A stretch of 64,000 nucleotides of DNA from an uncultured Acidobacteriota bacterium (GTDB taxonomy: Bacteria > Acidobacteriota > Thermoanaerobaculia > Multivoradales > UBA5704), in contig CAVYRF010000002.1 of assembly GCA_963770895.1 (NCBI GenBank), positions 3,296,001 to 3,360,000 of the forward strand, written 5' to 3'. The translations under genes were made by a program, and so were the position numbers. A model generated the notes under the pieces. That model made no database searches, had not been told where the DNA came from, and was given only the letters and a program-made list of their open reading frames with translations. Shown here in pieces: positions 21,257 through 30,405 of the stretch. Each line of letters begins with the position of its first letter. The first letter of the stretch is position 1.

Positions 21257-21478
21257 CTCGAGGTCTCCTTTGGTCGTGGTGCTCGCCGTTGCGGCGAGCG
21301 CTCGACTTGGAGAACCCTCATATTTCTTGCTCTTCATGGGTGGAATGGCGCTCAGAACGCCGCCGCCGCTCCTGTGTGGTCCTGCTCGGTGCGGCGGTAC
21401 TCCCACCTACTCCTATTGAAGCCGATGTTCAGGCGCCCGACGGTCCGGCAACAATGCTGGCAAGAGCCTAGCCGGCAC

Positions 21479-21673
21479 TCATCGCCACTCGTCTGGATCG
21501 TTCGCAGCGGCGTCCAATAGGGTGAGGATTTCCTCAAAATCCTGATCGTAGAGAACTGGGGGTGAGGCCGGACGGCTTTCACGCTCGCGACGTTGATCCG
21601 CAAGAAGCTGGCGAAAGCGCTTCCGGATCGCATTCACAGTTTTGGGCGTCAGTTTGGGGAGCTTGCTGGACAT
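21479..21673 (-). CDS. Small hypothetical protein
   Basis: 64 aa, AAAGGA RBS, helical composition. Confidence 0.45.
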   Translation of the reverse strand: MSSKLPKLTPKTVNAIRKRFRQLLADQRRERESRPASPPVLYDQDFEEILTLLDAAANDPDEWR

Positions 21674-22025
21674 GTCGGGTCCTTTTTCACGGCTTTGGAC
21701 AGCAGCGGAGCTGCGGGTTCGTGAAGCGGCTCCTTGTATCGGTTACTTTGCTGTCTCGGCACCTCCCGCGCCTAGCGGCGTCGGTGCCGGGATCGCGCCT
21801 TGGATGGAAGCAGGAGCAAAGAGAGAGGTTGTGACGGCTGCTGACGTTGGCGTTGGCAGTCGAGGCCGCCGGTCGGCGGTCTTCAAGTCGTCATGCGAGC
21901 GCTCGATGCGGCCTTCGACTGCCCTCCTTCCGAGAGAGACCGGCAAGCCGCGTCGCCGAAGTGGGCGGGGGCCTTGGAGATCGCCAACCTGCATTTCGTT
22001 GCAGATAGCACGTAAGATTGTGCGC

Positions 22026-24479
22026 ATGAAGCGAGCCTGGTGGGAGGAAGGGTCAGGTAGTGTCCGCCACGCCGCCAGGAGGCTGCGGAAGAGCCCTGGC
22101 TTTACGGCGTCGGCCACCCTCACCCTCATGCTCTGCATCGGCGCAAACACGGCGCTTGTAACTGCCGTGGACTCGGTTGTCGTCCGGCCGTTGCCATTCC
22201 CCCAGGTCGATCGCCTAGCCGAGGTGGCCGTCGCAATCGGCGCCGGGGGCCACGAGGTTGAGGGTTCGCAGAGCAGCGGCCTGGCGTACCAGGTGCTCCA
22301 GGCGCACGCCTCGACGCTCCTGTGCGCGGCGATCTCGGACAGCGCGGCGGGCGTCAACGTCGTAGCCGGGGGCGTGCCCGAATTCGCACAGCGGCAACGC
22401 ATCTCGGCGGGGCTTTTCGCGGTCTTGGGAGTCCAACCGCTTTACGGACGCGAGTTCTCGGCTGCCGGAGAACAGGACGGCGCCGCCGCAGTGATTCTGA
22501 GCCACAGCATGTGGCGGCGCGACTTCGCCGGCGACCCCGCCGTGCTGGGCCGGTCGATCCAGGTGGGCGGCGCGCCGCACACGGTCGTCGGCGTCATGCC
22601 GCCCGGGTTGCAAAGCTGGCTTCCGGCCGATCTCTGGACGCCCCTGCGGCCAGACCGAGACGAGGGCAGCTACCAATTGGTGGCTCGCCTGCGCCCTGCG
22701 GTCCGCTGGCGGCGAGCGGAGGCGGAGGTGCAGAGCCTGGCCGGCGCCGCACTCGCAGACTTGCCACGGAGCGGCGGCCCCCTGAGCCTGCGATTGATCC
22801 CGCTGCAGGAGGGCCTCACCCAGGGGATTCGCTTGCCGCTTCTCGTCGTCGCGGCGGCTGGCGGGGTCGTGCTGCTGATCGGATGCCTCAATCTCGCTGG
22901 CCTGATGCTCGCTCGTCAGGGCCGGCGCAGGCGCGAGATCGCTACGCGTCTGGCGCTCGGGGGCGGGCGTGCCATAGTGGTCCGTGAGGTGATGAGCGAG
23001 AGTGCCCTGTTGGCGGTGGCCGGCGGCATCGCCGGCCTGGCCGCCGGCAGCCTGGGCCTGTGGTACCTGCGGCAGCTTGCCAGCAACAGCGCCTATGGCG
23101 TATTGGCGCGGCACCTGGTGGGCCTGGACGGGCGGACCCTGGCTGGGACAGGATGCCTTTCGCTTCTGACCGTAGTCCTTTTTGCGTGGGTCCCGGCCCT
23201 GCGCCTGAGCGCCACCGATCCTCGCCTGGCTTTGCACGCGGTGACCGGCGACACTGGTACTGCCAAGCGGTGGCCTCGGCAGCTGCTGATCGCCACCGAA
23301 GTTGCGCTTGCCGTCATGCTCGTGGTGGCGACGGGCTTGCTGATCCGCAGCATGGCGTACCAGCTGCGCCGGGTGGCGGGCTTCGACCCCACCCACCTCC
23401 TGGTTGTCCGAGCGTCGCTCGCCGATGCCCGTTACGAATCCGGTCCGCGCCGGAACCGGCTGTTCACCGCGAGCCTGGAGGGCATCCGTAGAGTGCCGGG
23501 CGTCCAAGCGGCAGCGGTGAGTCTGGGTCTGCCCTATGAACGCTCCATGCGCCTCGTCTTCTCCCGGCTCGGCGGGCCGGACCGCGCTGGCGATGGGGCG
23601 GGTCAGCGCATCACGGGTGTGGTCTACATCACACCAGACTATTTTTCGACGCTGCGGATTCCGCTGCTGCGCGGCCGCGCCTTCGACGCGCGCGACCGCG
23701 ATGGTGCTGCCACTGTGGCGATCGTGAACCATGCTTTTGCCAGCCGTTACTACCCCGACCAAACTGTGGTGGGCCGCCGGATCAAGATGGCCGGCGTTCG
23801 GCGCGAGATCGTGGGGGTGGTGGGCGACGTCCTGCAACGGCTCGACATCAACCCCTACGGCCCGCTGGTAACCGCGCCCACGGCGTACATCCCGGCAACC
23901 CAGCTGTCCGAGGGTTTGGCCAGGATTGTCCACATGGGGTTTTCGCCCGCCTGGGTGGTGCGCACGGCGGGGCCGTGGAAAGCCGCCGTGCAGGGCGTCG
24001 AGCGGGCGGTGGCGGCCGCCGATTCCGCGCTCCCTCTGCACAGTTTCCAGAGCATGGAGGGGGTACGGGCGAGCTCACTTGGCGCGCAGCGTTTCCAGAC
24101 CATCCTGCTCGCGTCCTTTGCCGGGCTCGCCCTGCTACTCACGGCGATCGGACTCTACGGCCTGATCGCCCAATCCGTGGTCGAGCGCACGCGGGAGCTG
24201 GGCATCCGTATGGCCCTGGGGGCGACGGTCGTGCGGGCCGTCCAGGCGGTGGCGCTGCCGGGAATCGGCCTGACGCTGGCGGGTGCCGCGGCGGGCCTGG
24301 CGGCGGCACGCGCCGCCTCGCAGCTGCTGATGCACATGCTCTTCGGCATCACAGGCGGCGATCCCCTGACCTACGCCGGCGCTGCCGTGCTGCTGGCCGG
24401 CGTCGGCATCTGCGCCACTGTCATCCCCGCCTTGCGTGTCGCAAAGCTCGATCCGGTGGCGCCGCTGCGCAGCGATTAG
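22026..24479 (+). CDS. ADOP/MacB-FtsX duplicated permease
   Basis: RRLRKSPGF..LCIGANTA, REIATRLALG, ERTRELGIRMALGA, terminal DPVAPLRSD. Confidence 0.9.
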   Translation: MKRAWWEEGSGSVRHAARRLRKSPGFTASATLTLMLCIGANTALVTAVDSVVVRPLPFPQVDRLAEVAVAIGAGGHEVEGSQSSGLAYQVLQAHASTLLCAAISDSAAGVNVVAGGVPEFAQRQRISAGLFAVLGVQPLYGREFSAAGEQDGAAAVILSHSMWRRDFAGDPAVLGRSIQVGGAPHTVVGVMPPGLQSWLPADLWTPLRPDRDEGSYQLVARLRPAVRWRRAEAEVQSLAGAALADLPRSGGPLSLRLIPLQEGLTQGIRLPLLVVAAAGGVVLLIGCLNLAGLMLARQGRRRREIATRLALGGGRAIVVREVMSESALLAVAGGIAGLAAGSLGLWYLRQLASNSAYGVLARHLVGLDGRTLAGTGCLSLLTVVLFAWVPALRLSATDPRLALHAVTGDTGTAKRWPRQLLIATEVALAVMLVVATGLLIRSMAYQLRRVAGFDPTHLLVVRASLADARYESGPRRNRLFTASLEGIRRVPGVQAAAVSLGLPYERSMRLVFSRLGGPDRAGDGAGQRITGVVYITPDYFSTLRIPLLRGRAFDARDRDGAATVAIVNHAFASRYYPDQTVVGRRIKMAGVRREIVGVVGDVLQRLDINPYGPLVTAPTAYIPATQLSEGLARIVHMGFSPAWVVRTAGPWKAAVQGVERAVAAADSALPLHSFQSMEGVRASSLGAQRFQTILLASFAGLALLLTAIGLYGLIAQSVVERTRELGIRMALGATVVRAVQAVALPGIGLTLAGAAAGLAAARAASQLLMHMLFGITGGDPLTYAGAAVLLAGVGICATVIPALRVAKLDPVAPLRSD

Positions 24480-25669
24480 GGCGCGAGCAGGAGCAGGCGG
24501 TCCCATTCCGGGCGGATCGGCGAGCTGGCCGCCAACAGGGCGAGGCCGATGCCTGCCGCACCACCCAGGAAGCCAGGCTGCGAGGCCCATCCGAACGTGC
24601 CATCGGCGCCCCTGGCGCGGCACAAGAAGCCGCCGATCCCCGAACCGGGCCGCCGCTGCGCAAGGGTCCGCCGCAGCCAGTGACGGGCCGCGTTCAGCTG
24701 GCCCGGGTCGCCGGTGGCCAGGTGCATTCGGTGGAAGAGGTGGGACAACCCCGCGGTGCCGTGGCACAAGGCAGGATCGAAGCCGTGCACCACATCGAGA
24801 TAGCGCCCTGCCGCGACCTGGGCAAGGTGCAGTGCCTGCTGCTGCCACGCTGGCCGGGAGCAGGCGCGGCCGGCGCCGAGCAGCGCCACCGAGAGGCCGC
24901 ACGTACCGGCACACCAGGCCAGGTCGCCGTCGGCGCTCTCCCGCTCCAGGACCTCCGACCCGAGGACGCCGTCGACCGCCGCCGAAAGGATCGGCACAGC
25001 GTCGGGGCCGGCGGCACCCAGGATGACGGCCCTGGCGAGCAAGGCGATCACGCCCCCAATCCCATGTGCCATCCCAAGATCCGGCCCAGCAGCGCCGTGT
25101 CGCGGGCCGCGGCCGAGGACGACCCATGCACGCCGCCCGGCACACTCGGCGAGCCGCGCCAGGACCAGCGCAAAGATCGCGGTGGCCGATGGCCGGGGCA
25201 ACCGTTCCAGGGCATAGACGCCCCACCCGACGAGGCCCTGGAGCAGGTCGAAGTCGCCGCGCCACGGCTGCCGCGAAAGGAGCGCGACGAGAGCCTGATC
25301 GACGTCGGAGTTGGGGTCGTCGTCTTCGCTCGGACATTGGCCGCCATCCAGGTGTTCGACCACCCACGCGACGCCGGTAAAGCCGTGATAGAGACTGGCT
25401 TCCGCGCTCGGCAGCGAGGCCAGGCCCGCGATCGCCCGGTCGAGCCAGAGCTCGGCCGGCGGCTCCGCCAGGGTGCCGCCCAGCGCTCGCTCGAGGTATG
25501 CCCAGAACAGGGCGATGCCGGCCATGCCACCGGCCAGCGCGGGTCCCTGCACTCCCTCCAGGTCGGCACGCGAGAGATCGCTGGCGATGGCTTGCACCGC
25601 GGCGAGAGCCTCCTCGGCTTCTGCCCCCGCAACCAGCGGCGTCCAGGCGCACGGAGCGAGCGCGCTCAT
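24476..25669 (-). CDS. lanC: LanC-like lanthionine cyclase, second copy
   Basis: GMAHGIGG, AWCAG, LCHGTAG; TGATG coupling to the upstream LanC. Confidence 0.88.
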   Translation of the reverse strand: MSALAPCAWTPLVAGAEAEEALAAVQAIASDLSRADLEGVQGPALAGGMAGIALFWAYLERALGGTLAEPPAELWLDRAIAGLASLPSAEASLYHGFTGVAWVVEHLDGGQCPSEDDDPNSDVDQALVALLSRQPWRGDFDLLQGLVGWGVYALERLPRPSATAIFALVLARLAECAGRRAWVVLGRGPRHGAAGPDLGMAHGIGGVIALLARAVILGAAGPDAVPILSAAVDGVLGSEVLERESADGDLAWCAGTCGLSVALLGAGRACSRPAWQQQALHLAQVAAGRYLDVVHGFDPALCHGTAGLSHLFHRMHLATGDPGQLNAARHWLRRTLAQRRPGSGIGGFLCRARGADGTFGWASQPGFLGGAAGIGLALLAASSPIRPEWDRLLLLAP

Positions 25670-27006
25670 CAGGCGGGCGCCGCAGCGGATCGCCTGGACG
25701 GCGGGAGAGGTGATAACAGCAGGAGGCGGTCCCAGGCCGGCTCGACAGCGCTCGTGGCGGCGAGCAAGGCCATGGCCATGCCGGCCGAACCGATGAGGAA
25801 TCCCGGCGCTTCCTGCCAGGAAAGCTCCTGGTCGTAGTCGTCGCCGGCGACGGTGAAGGCGAGGAAGCCGCCGATCCCACTGCCGGGCTGCCAGTAGTCG
25901 AGCGCGCGGTGGAACCACGCGCACGCCGCGGCCCGCAGCTCGGGCTCGCCGGTCGCCTGGTAGAGACGGTTGAGCAGGTGCCCAAGGCCCGTCGCCCCAT
26001 GACAAAGGCCGGCATCGTCCACGCGGCAATGCTCGACGGGGCGGCGCGCCACGGAGTGTGCCAGCGCCAGAGCTTCGCGCTCCCAGCCGGGCTCCTCCGC
26101 CGCGCGGCCGGCGGCGAGCAGCGCGAGGGCGATGCCCGGATCGCCGTAGCACCATGCGGCTCGCGCCGGATGCATCTTGAGGCCCGTCCCGACGCTGTAC
26201 GGAAACACGGAGCGGCTGCCCGGCGCCATCTTCTGTGCGAGCAGCCAGGTCACGGCGTCGGTGAGCAGCGACCTTGTCTTAGACGTTGCCACTCCCGAGG
26301 CACAGATCCGCGCCAGCACGGCGATCACGCCTGGAGTGCCGTGGGCGACGCCAAGGTAGTCGACGCCTTGCGGATAGTGAGGGCGGTTCGGCGGCGGCAG
26401 GAGGTCGCAGGGGGTGTGCCAGGCCCGCCCCCCTGGACGCACCTGCGAGATCTCCTGCAGGTGTTCGACGATCTGCTCGATACAATCGACCGCCGCGCCT
26501 CGTGGCAGGCGATCGAGCGCATAGACCGCGTAGCCGACCAGGCCTGCGACTAGATCGAAGTGCTGATCCCAGGGTGTCCGCCGCAGGTGCGCAAGGAGGG
26601 CGGCGTCGATGTCGGCGTTGGGGTCCGCTGTGTCGGCCTCGTCGGCCCCACCGGTCGCCGGGACCGGCACTGCGTCGGCCTGCTCCCAGCGATCATAGAG
26701 GTGGTCGGAGGTCCACGCCACGCCGGTAAATCCCGCATACAGGCTGGGGGTCAGATACGACGTGGCCATCGCGTCGATGGCCCCCTCCAGCCAGCGGCAA
26801 GCCTGTTCGCGGAAACCACAGCCAGGGCTCGCCTGATCGAGATAGTCGAAAAACAGCGCCACGCCGGCGTCGCCCGCGGCAAGCGGCGATCGATTGTGCG
26901 CCGGCGACAGAGGTCCATCCCCCAGAGCAGCGGCGACCGCGGCGATCGCAGCAGCGGCCTTTGCGGCGTCCTCGCCTTCGAGGATCGGTTGCCACGAATA
27001 CCCCAT
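25669..27006 (-). CDS. lanC: LanC lanthionine cyclase
   Basis: FDLVAGLVG, GVAHGTPG, RAAWCYGDPG, GLCHGATG. Confidence 0.92.
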   Translation of the reverse strand: MGYSWQPILEGEDAAKAAAAIAAVAAALGDGPLSPAHNRSPLAAGDAGVALFFDYLDQASPGCGFREQACRWLEGAIDAMATSYLTPSLYAGFTGVAWTSDHLYDRWEQADAVPVPATGGADEADTADPNADIDAALLAHLRRTPWDQHFDLVAGLVGYAVYALDRLPRGAAVDCIEQIVEHLQEISQVRPGGRAWHTPCDLLPPPNRPHYPQGVDYLGVAHGTPGVIAVLARICASGVATSKTRSLLTDAVTWLLAQKMAPGSRSVFPYSVGTGLKMHPARAAWCYGDPGIALALLAAGRAAEEPGWEREALALAHSVARRPVEHCRVDDAGLCHGATGLGHLLNRLYQATGEPELRAAACAWFHRALDYWQPGSGIGGFLAFTVAGDDYDQELSWQEAPGFLIGSAGMAMALLAATSAVEPAWDRLLLLSPLPPSRRSAAAPA

Positions 27007-27046
27007 CCGAACCCGGCAATCCTGGCGCCGCGTCAGCGGGTCGCGG

Positions 27047-27265
27047 CTAGCACGAAACCCCACATGCGGTACAGCCCCTGGTGCAGCCAGAGCAAACATT
27101 CGTGCACGCTGTGCAAGCCACCGTGCAGTCCGTGCAGGCGTTCGTGCAGTTGGAGGCGACTCCCGAGATGCCGCCCCCGGTCCCTCCAGCGGCACCCATC
27201 AAGTCGGCCACGCCCAGGACCATCAACGTCTCATGGTTGAGGACGAGCTTCTTGCGCTTGCGCAT
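27047..27265 (-). CDS. lanA: Lanthipeptide precursor with 10-Cys core
   Basis: Leader KKLVLNHETL..L ending AAGG; Cys/Thr-rich core; AGGGAG RBS; directly upstream of lanC. Confidence 0.88.
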   Translation of the reverse strand: MRKRKKLVLNHETLMVLGVADLMGAAGGTGGGISGVASNCTNACTDCTVACTACTNVCSGCTRGCTACGVSC

Positions 27266-27621
27266 GGCGATCTCCCTTTGGTTGCCATCTTTTGAATGCG
27301 TCGGGCTTCTTGGTGCCGCCCGCGAGTACCCCCATCTGGTAACTTTGTTGCCAATGACCACACTTCAGAGACATCGATTTTTTTCGGCCTACAAACATCG
27401 GCCCCTTAATTTAACCGCCATGAAGCCTCTGCTGCTGCTCCGCCGTGCGGCCGTCCGTGTAGACTCGAGGAGAGCCTCGGGAACGCTCACAGTCACACGC
27501 CCGACCGGCCCGTTGGATGCGGCCTGTTCAGAGAGAGGTTTTCTTGCCGGAGGAGGATCGGCTGGAGGGCCGTCCTCGGCCGCGCCCAAGATCCGGTCGA
27601 GCATGGAGGACGGCGCCTGTC

Positions 27622-27943
27622 TTAGGCCGAGATGGCGGCATTGCGGATCTCCTGACGATCGATCTCCACTGCAAGGGCGTGGTAGTCCCTGGCGCCGGAG
27701 CTGGTGGGTGAGTAGATATTGATCGGTGCGGTTGCGCCCCATGCCTCGCGAAGGCGTACGGACTCACGGATGACGGTGTCGAGAGCGGCCAAAGGGAACC
27801 GCCGATGCAAGCTGGCTACGACATCCCGCGCCAGGATGGTGCGAGCATCGACCCGGCAGGCGAAAATACCGCAGAGCTTGAGGTCAGGGTGGAGGAGCTT
27901 CTGCACGCGATTGATCGTCAGGAGCAGATTGGCAAGACCCGCG
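27622..27943 (-). pseudogene. C-terminal fragment of a ParA-family ATPase
   Basis: TVIRESVRLREA...PINIYSP.S.GARDY..LA.E; 5' part replaced by an IS3 fragment. Confidence 0.75.
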
Positions 27944-28470
27944 GCCGATATCACCTACATCCCGACCTGGATGGGATTCTTGTACTTGGCGGTCGTGCTT
28001 GATGCCTGGAGCCGGCGGATCGTGGGTTGGTCGATGGCGACGCACCTGCGAACGGAGTTGGTGCTTGAGGCGCTGGCGATGGCGGTGGGTCAGCGGCACC
28101 CGAAGGGCGTGATCCACCATTCGGACCAGGGGACGCAGTACACGTCGATCGCGTTTGGTCAGCGGTGTCGGGAAATGGGGTACGGCCGTCGATGGGATCG
28201 GTCGGCGACTGCTTCGACAACGCGATGTGCGAGAGCTTCTTTGCGACCCTGGAATGTGAGCTCTTGGATCGTCGCAAATTCAAGACGCAGATCGAGGCGC
28301 GGCTGGCGGTCTTTGAGTTCCTGGAAGGTTGGTACAACTCGCGCCGCCGGCATTCGGCGCTCGGCTATCTGAGCCCCGTTGAATGCGAGCGGCAAGCGGA
28401 AGGACAACCGCTGCGGAAAACGCCCCCTCTTCCTCCGGACCCCCATCACCCCGGCCGGCGGTCCGCCGGG
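27944..28470 (+). pseudogene. IS3-family transposase fragment with frameshift
   Basis: ADITYIPT, HHSDQGTQYTS, then DNAMCESFFATL in another frame. Confidence 0.85.
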
Positions 28471-28578
28471 CTATGGAAGGCTGCCGCCCCCGCCCCACCT
28501 CCCGGCACCCTCCCACAGCCCTTGGAAAACGCTCCGCGTTTTCCACAGCCCGCAACAGGGACCAGGCGCCGCGGAACC

Positions 28579-28842
28579 CTACTCGCCGCTGCAGTCGAAG
28601 AACATGTCCACCTCGTACTGCGTCATCTCGCCGGTGCAGGTCCAGAGCTCGCAGCAGTTGTGGTGGCACAACCCCACCTGGGTCGTGTAGGTGGCGTCGC
28701 TGAAGTACCGGGCAAAGGCGCCGGGGACGCAGCTGGCGGATGCGAACCGTTGGTGCGGTCCGATCAGCGCGACGGCGACCATGACGGCCATGATCAGCAG
28801 CAGGCTCAGGCGATGGCGAACGGGGTTTTTTGATGCGGTCAT
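28579..28842 (-). CDS. Small secreted 6-Cys protein (DUF6289-like)
   Basis: Signal peptide, YFSDATYTTQVG motif, GGAGAGG RBS. Confidence 0.65.
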   Translation of the reverse strand: MTASKNPVRHRLSLLLIMAVMVAVALIGPHQRFASASCVPGAFARYFSDATYTTQVGLCHHNCCELWTCTGEMTQYEVDMFFDCSGE

Positions 28843-29065
28843 GTTCCTCTCCTCTCCAAGGTACAGCCGGGCTGTATGCAGCCTGGCTGATTTACGCAAC
28901 GTGGAATACGCGAACTTCCGGTCGAGCTTATATGTGCTCGACCGGGCGAAGGCAATACCGCCCCGGGGCTGGCAGCCCTGCATTCACACTTTTGATCCCG
29001 CGGCCGGCGCTTGCGCAGCTCAGGTGCAGGGCCTCACGCCGTTTTGGGCCTTCGGTTGCCCCGAC

Positions 29066-29135
29066 TGCGGATTCCGGCGAAGGCGACCACCCATTCCGAC
29101 GGAAGGCGACCACCCATCGGAGCGAGGCGGTGAGC
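29066..29135. mobile_element. IS21-like terminal remnant
   Basis: TGCGGATTCCGGC start, two GAAGGCGACCACCCAT repeats, ATCGGAGCGA shared with 5080-5150. Confidence 0.55.
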
Positions 29136-29299
29136 GGAGGCTCATGGTTGGTTGAGGTGGTCGGCTTGGGACGGGCCGGGCTGTCGGGCGGCGGCCGGCC
29201 GCTGTCGAGGCCTCGCCAGACGCCATAGGCGGGGGGGCGCTGAGGCTCGCGGGGGGGTGGGGGGCACCCACGCAACGCCGAGCTGGATCGCGGTGATCT

Positions 29300-29649
29300 G
29301 AAAGCCGTCCTCCGAGCCCTGCATATCCACGCAGCGAGGGAGCCCGAAGCTGCCCGCTGCATCGGCTACGTCTTCCGCAACCGACAGCGGATGCACTACC
29401 CCGACTTCCATCGCCAAGGACTCTGCACATCTACTGGCGTCCTGGAGGCCGGCTGCAAGGTCGTCGCGGCCACCCGACTCAAGCGCGCAGGCATGCACTG
29501 GACCCTACGCGGTGCCAATGCCATCCTGGCCCTGCGCTGCGCCAAGCTCAACTACCGCCTCGACGATTTCTGGCAACAACGGGCAGCTTATTGTAAGGGG
29601 GCGCCGGCGCATCGAGCTCACCCGATCTCACAAATTTGTCGTGCATCCC
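29300..29649 (+). pseudogene. ISKra4-family transposase 3' fragment with right end
   Basis: RMHY..F..QGL..STGVLEAGCK....RLKRAGMHW...GANAIL.LR. Confidence 0.8.
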
Positions 29650-29731
29650 CGCTGGGGGACTGGTTGTTTCAAATACAGGAAAATGCGTGTATCATGCAGC
29701 TTGTTTCTAACGCATAAATGTGGAGAGAGCC

Positions 29732-30061
29732 ATGGCACAGAAAGGCAAGATGATCCACAAGGCGGCATTCCTGGTCCTGTTGGTCGGTGCGCTAGCGATG
29801 TTCGGAATGACAGGAGAGCCCGCTGCTCTGCTGGCGGCCACGCCGTCCACTCCGGCCGTCGCCGCGCCCGCGGCGCAATCGCCGGCCGGCTCGCTCCTCC
29901 AAGGGGCGCCGAAAGGCTCTGGCAACAACCTGCTCCCACCGACCCCTCAACCCCTGTGTCGCGCAGGCGCGTGCTTCGGCGACGGCACGCCCTGTGGGGA
30001 TTACGGCCAGGGCGTTTGCTCGCAACCCCCGGGGCAGGGGTGCGGTATCTGCGTCTTCTGA
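29732..30061 (+). CDS. Secreted prepro-peptide with C-terminal 6-Cys domain
   Basis: Signal peptide, Ala/Pro-rich linker, CX4CX6CX7CX7CX2C tail; GGAGAG RBS. Confidence 0.7.
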   Translation: MAQKGKMIHKAAFLVLLVGALAMFGMTGEPAALLAATPSTPAVAAPAAQSPAGSLLQGAPKGSGNNLLPPTPQPLCRAGACFGDGTPCGDYGQGVCSQPPGQGCGICVF

Positions 30062-30239
30062 TTCCCGCCCCTCTTCTGGAGCGGGCGTTGTCATGGTCGG
30101 CGTGCGCCAGGGATGGGAACACGGGCGTCGCAGAAGTCTTCGAGCTCGGCGCCGTGGGCTTAGCGCGCCCTCTCGCCGGTAGCCGCACCGAGAAGGAGGA
30201 TAGTGGTCCTCCTCGGATCAAAGGCCTAGAGCACGCGCC

Positions 30240-30372
30240 GAGTCGCGGCGTCAGCTCCGCCTCGAGAAGGTCGACCGCCAGCATCGCGCCCGCGGGGAGG
30301 CGCTGAATGAGCTCGCCGCGTAGGGCTACCAGATCGAGCGCGTCTTCGCGGCTGAGCACGCCGGCGATGCAG
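30240..30372 (-). pseudogene. PKS acyltransferase fragment
   Basis: IAGVLSREDALDLVALRGELIQRLPAGAMLAV. Confidence 0.7.
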
Positions 30373-30405
30373 GTTCGAGGCGAGCCGAGGAGCGGTTTCC
30401 AGCTC

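Noticed and set aside
23975-26015. Long overlapping ORFs of 600+ aa
   Set aside because: Arg/Pro/Gly-rich shadow frames of the LanC and ADOP genes, typical of high-GC DNA.
27047-27265. CxxxCxxC as a radical SAM or ferredoxin motif
   Set aside because: It lies in a 72-aa peptide with a RiPP leader next to LanC, and no radical SAM enzyme is in the window. Metal binding is not excluded.
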